DNA of 63,604 nucleotides, the filler included, from Octopus bimaculoides (taxonomy: Eukaryota), in NCBI RefSeq assembly GCF_001194135.2. It is 5 parts of 5 records of this genome, joined end to end, with 100 filler letters (N's around TTAATTAATTAA, not from the genome) between each part and the next. Parts side by side here need not be neighbours in the genome. Positions count along the whole stretch, not along the records: positions 1 to 21,881 come from NC_068983.1; positions 21,982 to 50,158 come from NC_068981.1; 3 more parts are not named here. One strand, given 5' to 3'. A program made the position numbers and the translations under genes. The notes beneath the pieces are model-generated. The model was not told the origin of the DNA and searched no databases. It saw only the letters and a program-made list of their open reading frames with translations. Shown one piece after another: positions 14,589 through 27,600 of the stretch (position 1 is its first letter; each line of letters begins with the position of its first letter).

Positions 14589-14725
14589 TCGAAAAATTCC
14601 TTAGGAATGTGAACCCAGGTTCGAAATTTCCCCAAGACACCTGAAGAAGGCTAGGGGAGATATCAGCCGAAATGTGTTAACAACAGACAAGATGAGGACA
14701 AATACCGTTCGAATGTAAATAATAA
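14456..14725 (+). mobile_element. tRNA-headed SINE with internal (TAA)n and a 3' hammerhead-ribozyme-like module
   Basis: Head TAGTGGTTAAG...GTTCGATTCC, (TAA)n at 14519-14588, then GACAC-CTGAAGA-A-GGCT...CAGCC-GAAA at 14636-14672. Same family at 38597-38828. Confidence 0.8.
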
Positions 14726-17069
14726 AAATAATTAACGTTTGGTAAATACAGAATGCAATACACTTAATATGTTTTATTTTTTTACGAAAAATGCCACGGA
14801 GTAACCCTGGGTTTACAGCATGGAAGACTCATTTTAAGGATTCAATGACAAAGAAATATTTCACGTAATCATGTATTAGTTGGCGCCAAAACTTTCGTCA
14901 TACTTTCTGCAACCTGGTCACTGGCTCAGTTGCACCTTAACCGTCTGAAGCATAGTTGCTTGCCAGTATTGACCTCAGTGATTGAATTAATTATTTCCTT
15001 CTTTACTACTTCATCTTTGAGGGTCAGTCAATCAGATTGTCATTACATAGAGCCCGTTATATGTGAGTGAAACAGTCAGTGATCAGGCCACAGAGAGTGC
15101 GACGAAACTTCTGACATAAAGTAATAAATGATGAAGAGAATTTGGCGGATTATGCGTGTTCTTGAATAGCTAAAATGAATCTCCCGTGCTGTTATAGATT
15201 TGGTTTCAACACATGTTCTGAGATCAAATCACTGGCTAGACAAGTACTACTCGGAAATGACACTGGGGTTCGGATTAATTGACAGAAATAACGTTAAAGC
15301 CAACGGTCCTATCGTTACAAACAGTAGCAGAACATCAATAGCAACATCATCTTTTTTTCTTGAATTATCATGGATTTTTTTAAAGATCTACGTAAAATCC
15401 TAAAAGATCCGAAAACAACAGCAAATATAGACGCATCTACACTGCTCCTCTCTCAGTTACTATAAGAAACTTGCAAGCAATCCTTGATTACTTTTATGCA
15501 TATACTCCGTTATGTTGTTAATTAGTTTTCTAAGAACTGAAGCTTTTCATTATTTCTCAGATCATGAGCAGCTGTAAGTGTTTGTAAATAATCAATAAAC
15601 CTCATATTGTGGGAGACAATTTTCGATTTTATCCAATTCGATACATCATGTATTTTATTCCTTTACGTTATTGCCCTTGAAAGGATTAAATGTAAAATCG
15701 ACCTGATGGGATTTGAAATCATTGCATAATGGGCCATAACAATATATCGAAAACCATTTAACGATTTTGTTTGACGCCTCACCGGCTCTGTTGCTCCACC
15801 AAACAACGATATTAATTTTTAACGTAGACAAAAGGCTCCACATTTGTGAGAAGAGTATAATTGATTAAATCAACTCCATTATTCGAATTATACTCAGTTT
15901 ACCAATCTTCGTATGATGAATTTCAGAGTTAACTGTAGAAGGGTTTGACCTTAGAACATAAAGGAGCATAGCTTAATACCGCAAGTACTCTTACCACTTG
16001 GTTTTCTAATCATAATAATAGCCATGATCAAGACAATGAAGAAGATTCTAGTTGGACGCTGCTAGTCGATATTAGTGGAAGGAAAAAATAGAAATCATAT
16101 CCCTTCAGGTTATATCAATCTGTCACTAAAAGTGAAAGTCCTATTAGAAAATATTGTTCAACATATGCAAGAAGTCGGGATAAGTATTACCAGAACGCCT
16201 TTGTTTGCGTATGTTTGCTGATACGGGATAAACTGAAGCTAAAGAAGATTCAAGAGTAAACGAAGCATGTATTCCAGACTAAAGACAAAATTATAAATAT
16301 CATTGGAGGTTTCAAAATCAACTTAATAAAATACAATTCTTAACTTGTAAATATCTTAGGAATTTTAGAAGGAAATGTAAAATGGATGTCGATCGGACTT
16401 AAGCTCAGAATTTAAAGGGATGTCATTCAACACTGCAAGGCATTTAGTGTGATACTTTTTCTATTTACCCACCTAACATCTTTCATGTAAGGCGTTGTAA
16501 CCGACTTAAAGGCCTGACAGTTTTATAGAAACATGGTTAATCTATTACATTGCCCCTCAGCCCAATGCTCAGCTGGTCCTTATTTTGACGGCCCCGAAAG
16601 GATAAAAGGCAAATTCGAACATAACAGAATTCGATCTCAGAGAGAAAGGAACCGGGAGCACTGTCTCCTACACACTGACTTTCTGCCAGCTCGCTATCAT
16701 TCTGTTACGAATACGACTAAAATAATCAATTATTATTGTTTTTCGTTTTTCCCCCCCGATGATTTGACAGCAAATATGGGCTCAGATATGGTACTCTGAT
16801 TAAGAAATTCGTTTCCAAATGTAAAGTTTCGGATTCAGTCATACCGCACATACCCTTCAGGTAAGTATTCTTCACTATATGCTCGAGCGATTGAAATTTA
16901 GAAAACAGAAATATTGTAAAAAGCTAGTGTCACAAAACTAGATATTCAATAATGTACATTGTCCGCTGAAGGGACATGTTGTACTCAAATGATGATTGTG
17001 TATGTAAATCATCCTTTTGATTCGAGATGTCTATCGCGCATATGACGATTTGTTATCGGTTGTAGATAG

Positions 17070-17393
17070 GAGCACTCCGTCGGTTACGATGACGAGGGTC
17101 GCAGCTGATCCGATCAACGGAACAGCTTTCTCGTGAAATTAACGTGCGAGTGACTGAGCAATCCACAGACACGTGTACCCCTAACGTAGTTCTCAGGGAG
17201 ATTCAGCGTGACACATAGCGTGACAAGGCCGGCCCTTTGAAATACAGGTACTATTCCTTTTTGCCAGCTGAGTGGACTGGAGCAACGTTGAAATAAATTG
17301 TCTTGCTCAAGGACACAACGCGTTGCCGGGAACCGAACTCACAACCTTACGATCGTGAGCCGAGTGCCCTAACCACTAAGCCACACGTCTTCA
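17070..17393 (-). mobile_element. tRNA-derived SINE with CORE/V/Meta-like central domain (head 1 + tail X)
   Basis: Minus strand reads TGGCTTAGTGGTTAGG...GTGTCCTTGAGCAAGACA...CTCCAGTCCACTCAGCTGG. The same head occurs at 40915(+), about 51990(+) and 53837(+). Confidence 0.85.
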
Positions 17394-20300
17394 CGGTTGT
17401 AGATATCAGCACGCATCATTAAGTAATTAGTTTGCTGGATTTATAAACAACAACCACAAACGTCTTTGGTAGACGTGGCTGAAGAGATTCAACGATGTCT
17501 AGAAACGATTTGTTCCACAGCCCCCTTGCACTAATGAACCAAGTGTGTTGTGACAGATAATTTAAAAGAAGTTGTTCTCCAGTTATGAAATTTAACAGCG
17601 ATTATCATATCCAATTTATTACACAGGATTGTAATTAGTTCTGTAAATGCTAAAATTCTGGAGGAATGTAGTAAAAGATTTCATGGTTTAATCATTAGTC
17701 TTGAAATTAGAACATGGCAAAAGCTCATACATAGGATTATTACAGAACTGACAGATTCGTTGAACCGTCAGAAAAGAATGCTTTACAATAGGTATTCCGA
17801 TTATTTATGCTCTGTGTTGGAATCGCGAATGTTTTACGTTCTGCGTTCGAATCCCAGCACTTAATTTCACTGGTCTTGATAAAATTAAGTACCAGTCAAA
17901 TACTGTGGTCAACATTATGGTCTAATCTGCGCCCCTTAAAACTGCTGACCTTATGCCTAAATCGGAGAACAGCATTAGACAACGTTTAACATTTAGAAAT
18001 AAATGGCATTATATGAGAGAACCAGGAGGAACACCAAGCATGTAAGTTTGAGAATGGTTAAAGAGTACTGATTAGCTCTTGGGTGTCTACGGAAAGTAAA
18101 CTTTGATACAAGTATTCAGTTGTAAAATACCTGCCTCATTTCCTCGCACCTGTCATCTGTCTCGGAGTCCCTAAATTAGAGAGTAGTCGACACGAGCATA
18201 CATTCTGCCAACGAAGAAACTTTTATGGTAATGTCGAATCCTGCATTCGATGACGTACTTCATCATACCACCAAACTGTTTCTAATCTAGATATGATAGA
18301 CCAATGCCAATATCTTACGCGTGGTTGTTCCGTCATAATCCGCCATTTTGTTAAGGTGCGCTCTCCGAAAGATTATTGGTATATACATATATTTTTTTTC
18401 AGTAACGACATAAATGAGTCAAATCATGTTTTTTTCTTTATACATACATCGTTGATTCTTTTCCACATATTTTTTTACTGTGATGATTAGGGGCATACAC
18501 ACGGCACTCAAAACGCGCACAAATAAGCAGCAGACATACACACACAAACACAAACGCACAAACACACACGCACACACATTCACAGACACACTAACATTCA
18601 GACGTAAACGCCCTGACACTCAGATACGTATACAAGCACAGGCATACGCAAATATCTATACATCTATACGTACATACATAAATAAATATATGCGTACGTA
18701 CATACATACATACATAAGTCTATTTCGAAGACTACAAATCCAATCCATCACTGGAACTGTAAATGTCTGTAAAACTTTGGAGAAGTTTATCATTTAAACA
18801 TATATGACCATGTCTATATATGCAACTATATGCATGAGAATAAATACATAAAACGAAACAAAAATATCTGCATATATATATAGAAAGATAGATAGATAGA
18901 TAGATAGGTCGATAGCTAGGTTAATAGATAGATGGAGAAAGTGAGAGGGTGAAAAAGAGAGAGAAAGAGAGAGACGAAAAATATAGATATATACGTATAA
19001 ATATGTGTGTATGTATGTATTGATATACATCTCCATGCATACGTACATATATATATATGTTATCTTATGGTCACATACACACACGCACACAAACACTCAC
19101 ACGCATAAACACACACAAACACGTATATACTTAAGCAAACACAAACATTCTCACACTCACAATCACGAAAGAGTGACTGAGAGAGAAAGAGAGATTGGTG
19201 GAGAAAGATTTAGTTTACTATTTCGATCAATAATGATGTGGCCATTTTTCTATAGACAATAAGAACGAGAAAAGAAGTTTTTTGTTTTGTTTTTAAAATT
19301 ACGAGTCTCATGTAGAGTAGACACCGACTGTCGTCTCAATAAAAAGAAAATTGTAACGACTTTTAGCATGAATAATGGAGATAAACGTAGAATATCCACA
19401 AGTAGAAGAGCCAGAAAGGTCTGATAGAAAGTTGTATTCTTGAATGAATGGGTTATGTCGTTTGTAAGGAATATATAGAACAAAATAAAGTATTCAGTAA
19501 TTTAACATTTCTTCTACGGAAGTTTGAGAAACCAGCTGCACATAACAGAATCTCTGATAAAAACGAATTATTGTAAAATAACAAAACATACAGAAAAACG
19601 AATAGAATTTGAAAATCGGGGTTTAAAATCTGCAGTGTAAGAAGAAGCTTTGTGTTCGCCAGTATTGCTTATTTTTGTTTACGTGGCACGTTTTATATAT
19701 ACGAAGAAAGCTGTTGATGCTGATACTGTAATTGCGTAAGCCCAGGTGAACACTGATCAACGCCATTGATACCTGCGACCATTCGTAAGAACAAGCTTAT
19801 TTGCATTCACAGGCACATACATACAGACATACAGACATATATACATACACATACTATGTCTAATGTTGCTTAAAGTTTCATGAAAATCTTGTTTCTAGGC
19901 TAAAACTGGTTGTGACAAAGTTTTAAAATCAAATCAAAACGTATATATATATNNNNNNNNNNTATACATCCATGTTATATGTGTGTATGATTGCGACGGT
20001 GCGTGTGTGTATAGCTTCTCTATAACTATATATATATTTAATTATAAGGATTATATTATAATAAAGGGTGCTAATAAGCAGCACCAATATGCTAGAGATA
20101 GACGCCGCCAAATAGCGCTAAAATCACATCTCGTACTCCGTTAGCACAGATTGAAATCGAGAAAATGAATAAAGAATATTTTTCTTAAATGGGTTAACTA
20201 CAGGTCGGTTTCTAGCTTAGAGATATAAAATCCCTCTGCCGTCTTCAGTATGATATTCCCCACAGTAGATAAATTCAAATATTTATACATGCCCATATGA

Positions 20301-21271
20301 ATAATACATATCCACACGTATATATAGATACATATATTCACACGTATATGCGCGTTAAATCTAATTCATTCACCTCAACCACGTGCATTTACGACCAAAA
20401 TATCACACTGGATATAAATTGATTAGAGTAAATAATATATATTTATACATAATGAAGGACAAAATCATGAAAAAGATTTCAAGTGGCCAGCATGTAATAA
20501 AAAACATATAGGTAAGGAGCAAGCTTTGACAGGGGATAAACGAAAATACGTCTGAGTCGTTCAAAGAGAAAGAGAGAGAGAAAATATATACAAAGATACA
20601 TGCATATGTAATGTATATACACACATTTACATTTATACACGTACACACACACCATCTCTCTCACACACTCACACACTCACACACACGTATCTATATGACC
20701 ATGTGTGTGTATCTTTGTGATCCAGCTCCACTTGCTTACCAGCGTTGATTTACTTACGTCCCTGTTTCTGACTTCGGTGGAAGAGACTGATAAAATAAGT
20801 AACATACTTAAATACACCAATAGTACCCCAGCATGGCCGAAGTTGAATTACTGAGACAAGTAATAAATAAAATATAAAATCGATTTTTATATATGTCATT
20901 ATGTTTAGTAAGTGTGTTGATGCGATAAAAGAGCATGTTTGAATCTACATCTGTGCAAATGTGCATATATGTTTTTGTTGTGCGTTATGCCTATACATTT
21001 TGTTATTCACGTAGTGAATAACTTGTACAAGTCAGAAAAGAAAAAAAAATGAACTTCATAAAACTAACATATATATTTATTTTGGCAAAAAAACTTTCCA
21101 CATTTACATTAGTAAAAAATAAACGCAAAATTGTTCTGCAAGTTCTAGTTTATATTAATCCAAATTAAAGAAACCATTTCCATCCTATTCGAATGGTAAT
21201 TTTTCTAGTGTTTCAGAAATGAAGTGTCGTGACATCTAAATAGCTACAACTACTATGAGTACAAGGCCTAA

Positions 21272-21325
<54 letters not shown>

Positions 21326-21981
21326 TGTGTGGGTGTGTGTGTGTGTGCGCGCGAATGTATGTGGAAGTGTAAAGTTTTGCATTTTTGCCTGTGCATGGGT
21401 GTTTGAAATAAACTGAGTCAGTTTTGAATTATGAATATACAGTTTTATCAACAGCAATATACTGCCGTAGTCTCAAAAGTTATAGAATCACTAAAACACA
21501 AATAAAATGCCAGACGATCTCTCAACGCAGCTGCTATAAATTAATGAAGAGAATGTATAGAGTTCTCATAGATATAGGACGAACAAAAATAGAGTAGAAA
21601 ACAATGATGTAAAGAAAAGCGGTTATATATTTACAAGTACTCTGTGGAACGTACATTTGTACGTGCAGCAATTACACATGCTAGCTCATGTACAAAGATA
21701 TTAATACTTAGTGATACATATGTCCATAATAGCTATGTACATAAAAAAATTTTGAGACTTATAGATATACATAGATACACTGTCACACACGCACACACAT
21801 ATGTGTGTGCACATATGTATGTAAATATATAAACATATATACGTATATTATATGAATGTATGTATATATATATATATATATNNNNNNNNNNNNNNNNNNN
21901 NNNNNNNNNNNNNNNNNNNNNNNNNTTAATTAATTAANNNNNNNNNNNNNNNNNNNNNNNNNNNNNNNNNNNNNNNNNNNN

Positions 21982-22347
21982 TGCTACACCAGTCATTGGG
22001 TATGACTCCTTCGTGTATCACCTGGTTCGTAATACGGGTGACTAGGCTATAGCCAACACTGCCAGATATTTTGAGCATCTCTGCAGTGATTCCTGATGGG
22101 CCGGGGGCTTTCCCGGTCTTCATACTCTTAATTGCTTTATCTACCCTGGTACTATCAACTCGGATAGCTGGTCCCTCTATTGGGTCGACATACGGCAGGC
22201 TCTCTTTCTCCCATTCATTCTCTTTATTAAGCAATCTATCGTAGTGGCATCTCCAGACCTCTTTCTTTGCATCCTCATTTAATGCAAGCGTACCATCATC
22301 CATGCGAACACATTTCTCTCCTACAACATCACTATTCTCTCTCCTCA
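21982..22347 (-). mobile_element. RTE-type non-LTR retrotransposon fragment (region just upstream of and at the start of the RT domain)
   Basis: Open frame ...VDKAIKSMKTGKAPGPSGITAEMLKISGSVGYSLVTRITNQVIHEGVIPNDWCS matches the conserved K-A-P-G-P-x-G-I motif of APE-type LINEs; truncated by a gap. Confidence 0.85.
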
Positions 22348-24432
22348 AGGAATATTATGGTTAAAAAAATACAGGAACCAAAAAATATATTTTCATTTTT
22401 ACCTTTTCAAGTATAAATTTGCAATAAGTAAAACACAATTAATGTATGAGGTAATTAACTTTTATTTTATATATTCATAGGTGTGTATTTCCATTTGCTT
22501 ATTTCTTCATACAAATCATAATAAACATTTAGAAAAGTTATATTCATGTTTAAATTCTGGTGTGTCTGTAAGAAGTATTATCTGTCTCAGGATCAAAATA
22601 ATTGTTGGTTATATGATAAAAGATTAATCTTTCAATAGGTCACTGCCAATGATATTTAGCTGTTTTAAAAAATACTATACAGTTTTTAGATTTCAATAGA
22701 AAATTGAAGTATCAAAATTTTGAGCTCCTTGAACATTAAAAAAAAAATAATGTAGACGTCTTGCAAAGAAATTCTAATGATTTTACACCACATTATTAGT
22801 TTTACCACCTTGTGTGTTATTCATTGACAATATATTAATTGGTTACTTGAAGCTAAGGGCCACAACAGCTGTATGCTTTAAGTGGTTGAGGCGACATGAA
22901 TGTTTTAATTGGATATGATTGCATTAACATTGTATTTAAATTGGTTACCTCAGGCCACATAAAAAAGGATATTTTTATATATAATATGAAATATATATAA
23001 GAAAGTATTTACATAATTGTAGAAAATTGCAATAATTTCATATTGCTACAAGTTTACAATTATGAATTAATGGTGCACATTTTATGTACATATCTAATGT
23101 TATTATTGGATATGATTCCATTTCAATTTTTTTTTCATATTCTGCTTGCTTTACTAACTTTAATTAATAATTATTTGCCTCCCCACCCATAAAGTTGTCT
23201 GGTATGTATTATTATTATTGCCATGTTGCTAAACTAGATATCTGAATTCACTTGTGTTACGTTCCTGTCAACAACATGCTACTCAGTCCCTCTGTTGGGG
23301 AATTTATTCATGAATTCTTGAAACTGAAATGAATGATCCTGAATAATCTTTTATTTTTATTATGTAAAAGTAGAATGAAAATACATCAGCACAAAATACA
23401 GTACTCATTGAACCAATGAGGGGTCCTCTCATGACTTGAAATGGTTCTCCCTCAAATCACATTCTACCATAAAAAAAAACAAAAGAAAGAAAATGGATAA
23501 GAGAGAAAATTCTTGTTTGAAACACTTTTGATCATAGGTTTACTTGATCAGGGGCTAGTCAATGGCATCATGCAGTATTCTTTTTTCATGTTTCTACTTG
23601 GGAATTTATAGTTAAGCATATACACACAGATTTGATGTATTATTCAAAATTCTTTTCTACTTTACATATGCTTGTTCTCAAAGTCATATAAATAACATCT
23701 GTAGGACTTCTGAAGTTGCAGATTATCTTGTGAAATGCTTCTCTGTGTTGTTTTGATTGTTAGTTAGCTAGAATGTAGATTATAAGTTGTTAGCTGACCT
23801 TCCTTGGTTTAGTACATATATTATTATAGGATTGTTTTTAGACTTTTTCTTTTTATAAATTTACACTTTCTTTTATATGTGAATACAGCAGATTAATATT
23901 ATGTTTATGCCTTCCATTTGCTTATAAAATACATGGCATTCAGTTCTTGATGACAGAACTGAGAAGACAAATGATCAATAGAAAAACAGGCAAGCAGAAT
24001 ATAAAATCTTACGGTAGCTAAGAAATGTCTGATAGAGAGACAGAAGAATAAATGCTAAATGAAAAGTTTACATTGTTGTATATTTTTGGAAATAAGGCTT
24101 AAAAAGCAAAATGCAAAGGTGAAAATGTCAAGTACTGACAATACTAGTAATACATAAACTTCTCTTTTTCCCATGTTGGTTCATAATTTTAAATCTTTAA
24201 AGCAGAGTGTTGATGCGTGTTTAGACATTGCTTGAAATAATGAACTGTAGAGCATGTTCAGGTTACACGTTCTTGAATGTAAAGATATGCGTGACAAAAA
24301 CCCATCAGTTTACTAATTTTAAATCTCATACAATAAGGAAAAACCCATATAAAAAAGAGACCAACATTAAGATAAACTGAATGACTGTATTTTAGCACAT
24401 AAGTGTAGAGAAAAACATGTTCAGCAGTTCAT

Positions 24433-24463
<31 letters not shown>

Positions 24464-24464
24464 T

Positions 24465-24539
<75 letters not shown>

Positions 24540-24549
24540 NNNNNNNNNN

Positions 24550-24638
<89 letters not shown>

Positions 24639-27600
24639 GTGTGGGATTTTTGTAATGCATTACATTTGTGAAGAGCTCAACAAATGATAAAAAATAGTAT
24701 TTTCTGTTGAGTATTGGAGTTTCTTGTCTGCGTGTCATTATGATCCTATATTACAAAAGCAAGTATGTGTGTTTGTATTTGTATGAGTGTGACTGTTTAG
24801 AAATCAAAAGAGAGAACGGGTAAAAATATGCCAAAGAGAGGGTTTTTGATCAGAACATGAATTGCTAGTGTGAGAGATAGATGCTGTTACCTATAGACAA
24901 AAACAAGGATGAAAAACAAACAGATATGTTCCTAAGAAAAAGGTTAATACACTGTGTATAGACCAAATAGAAAGAAGACAATATTCTTTTCTACTCTAGG
25001 CACAAGGCCTGAAATTTTGGGGGAGGGAGCCAGTTGATTAGATCAACTCCCGTATGTAACTGGTACTTAACTTATTAACCCCTAAAGAATGAAAGACAAA
25101 GTTGACCTCAATGGAATTTGAACTCAGAACGTAAAGACAGATGAAATACTGCTAAGCATTTCGCCCAGCGTGCTAACGTTTCCTCCAGCTTGCTGCCCCA
25201 AAGAGAAGACAATATATATAGCTAACACAGAAGAAAGCAGTTATTTTATTTATTACATTTAAATGGTATATTGATTGCAATTTTATTTGGATTTTAGTTG
25301 TACATTTAACAAATTAAAATGTTACTTCATTGTTAATAAGGGCTCATACCTTGTTTATAAGACAATGGTTGTGAAATTTAGTCTCTGGAGTATTGATCAC
25401 TGGTTAATATTGCAATTGTATCGTGAGTGCACCTGAGCTAAGTCTATAATTAAGCTGGCTTCAGTCCCTTTGGCTGAGATGTTTCCACTGCAAATTCACA
25501 ATTGAATACTTAGTTTTAAAAGATGCACCTTGCTGCAAAAACAGTTTATAGTAAAATACATTATCAGTGTTTCTGTTGTGGTCCGAATCCATAGGAGTGT
25601 TGGAACTCTGTACTGTAAGGTAAAAAAGTTCTGTTCCAGTACAGCAAGGATAGCATTCTGTAGTACCAACTCACACTCAGGTGAACCTAGCGTCTATGAG
25701 TGTGGCATGACTAATTGTCCAGATTTTCGACAAATTATAACATCTTTTCCTAACACTGAAAAATAAATGCAAGAGATTAAAATCAAAATAAATGCAGAAA
25801 ACCACACCAATTCCAACAAGCTACTGACATTTAGATGTTTCAAGACTCATCTGTAAACTTGTAGGTTATTATACATTTCATTGAACACTTATGCCATCAG
25901 TGGGGAAAATGGCTATAGGAAAATGACTGCAATTTTTCTCCGAACTCAGAGTTGTTGACATTGTATTTAATTCAATTACCTCATCAATAAACATTTGAAA
26001 CATAAAACATACATGTATGATTATGTATGCATACACACATACTTTCTGTTTTGTAGTAACATACATAGCATGATCATTCATATATTGAGATGTTCCACTA
26101 TTGTTACAATGTTCAGTGGCTACTGCATCTGAATGTTGACATCTCTGTGAATGATGTCTCTCACAGTTACTGATAATGGCAATCCCTTTGAATATTTTGA
26201 GTCAAAGTTTTAAAAACCATATAATCATCTTTTGTTTAATAGTTTATCATCCCATTGTCACTGCATTGGCTGAACATTGTCTTTCATCCCATTTATCTTT
26301 ATTTCTGTTTATGTTGCTCCAGCCTTGGATGGTTCCAATATCATATCAGTTTTTCTATAAGTTGTTGCTATTCTCTTGTTCCACTCTTCTCCATTTCTGG
26401 AGAATAGTTGAGTGAATGATCCCTCCTGTAAGTGAGAGCGAGAGAGAGAGAGAGAGAGAGAGAGAAGGGAGAGAAGGGTGGGGTTGTATAAAAATCATTT
26501 CCAGTTCCCCATCACTGTTTGACAACTGGTGTTGGTGTGTTTATGTTCCCATAACTTAGTGGTTCAGCAAAAGAGCCTGATAGAACAAGTGCCGAATTTA
26601 AAGAGAAAAAAAGTACTGGGGTTGATTCATTTGACTAAAAATTCTTCAAGGCGCTGCCCCAGCAAAGTCACAGTCTAATGACTGAAACAAGTAAAAGATA
26701 AAAGATACTTAATTGTGTTACATCAATCTCAGAAGGATGAAAGACAAAGTTGGCCTCAGTGAGATTTGAACTCATTGTGCATAGAGCAAGAACAAATATC
26801 ACAAGACTTTCTGCCTGACACTTTAATGATTCTGCTAATTCACCAACATTTCATCCTTTTAGGTTTAATAAAATATGTACTAGAGTGACATCTATGTTCA
26901 TCATCTTTCAAAATTGTTGTTGTATCTACATGAATGGAATCATCATTTGTAAATTAGGAATTGTTTGGAGGATGATGCTTACTTCTGTGGATATTGCATG
27001 GAATAATGTTTGGAAATTAGAAAATATGTATCAACATTGTTTGCATCACATGCATATGTATGTGGTTTAAGGAAATTTTCAGTTGTCTACTGATGATTTC
27101 AATTGTATTGGGGCAGATCTCTGAAAAATTATTGTTCTCCCATTTATTTAGAAGCAAATATTCATTTAGAATCAAATGCCAAAAGGGACAAAAATGACTT
27201 TATTGTAAAGCATCAAGCTAAATAGAAATTGACAAGTTCATATAACCACTATACTATCAAATCTTGTTATAATATACACATGCACGCATGCATGCAAAAT
27301 CACTAAGTGATAGAAGCAGTGGGGCATAGATGGCTGTTGCATAAAATAGTTCCAATGACAATAGTCACAAGCAGATCCTCACATAAAAACATAGTGAAAC
27401 AGTCTCTGAATCTCTCCTATAATCATAATCTTCATCCACAGCAAATAATAAGTTAATTGTTGAAAGTCAATCTCATTGGTGAGATTTAATAAATATATAT
27501 ATATATATATGATCATTTAGTGATCTGCACAGAAGAATGTTCATTGAGTTGGATAGAATACATAACAGTTACTGCATTTATTTATCTCTTGTGACTACTT

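Noticed and set aside
18325-18350. YY1-like CCGCCATTTT as a promoter
   Set aside because: A single short motif with no supporting exon or CpG island structure.
21926-21937. TTAATTAATTAA islands inside N runs (also 50203-50214, 58821-58832, 61825-61836)
   Set aside because: An identical 12-mer with stops in all six frames, centred in gaps, is an assembly spacer. It also means contiguity across these joins is uncertain.
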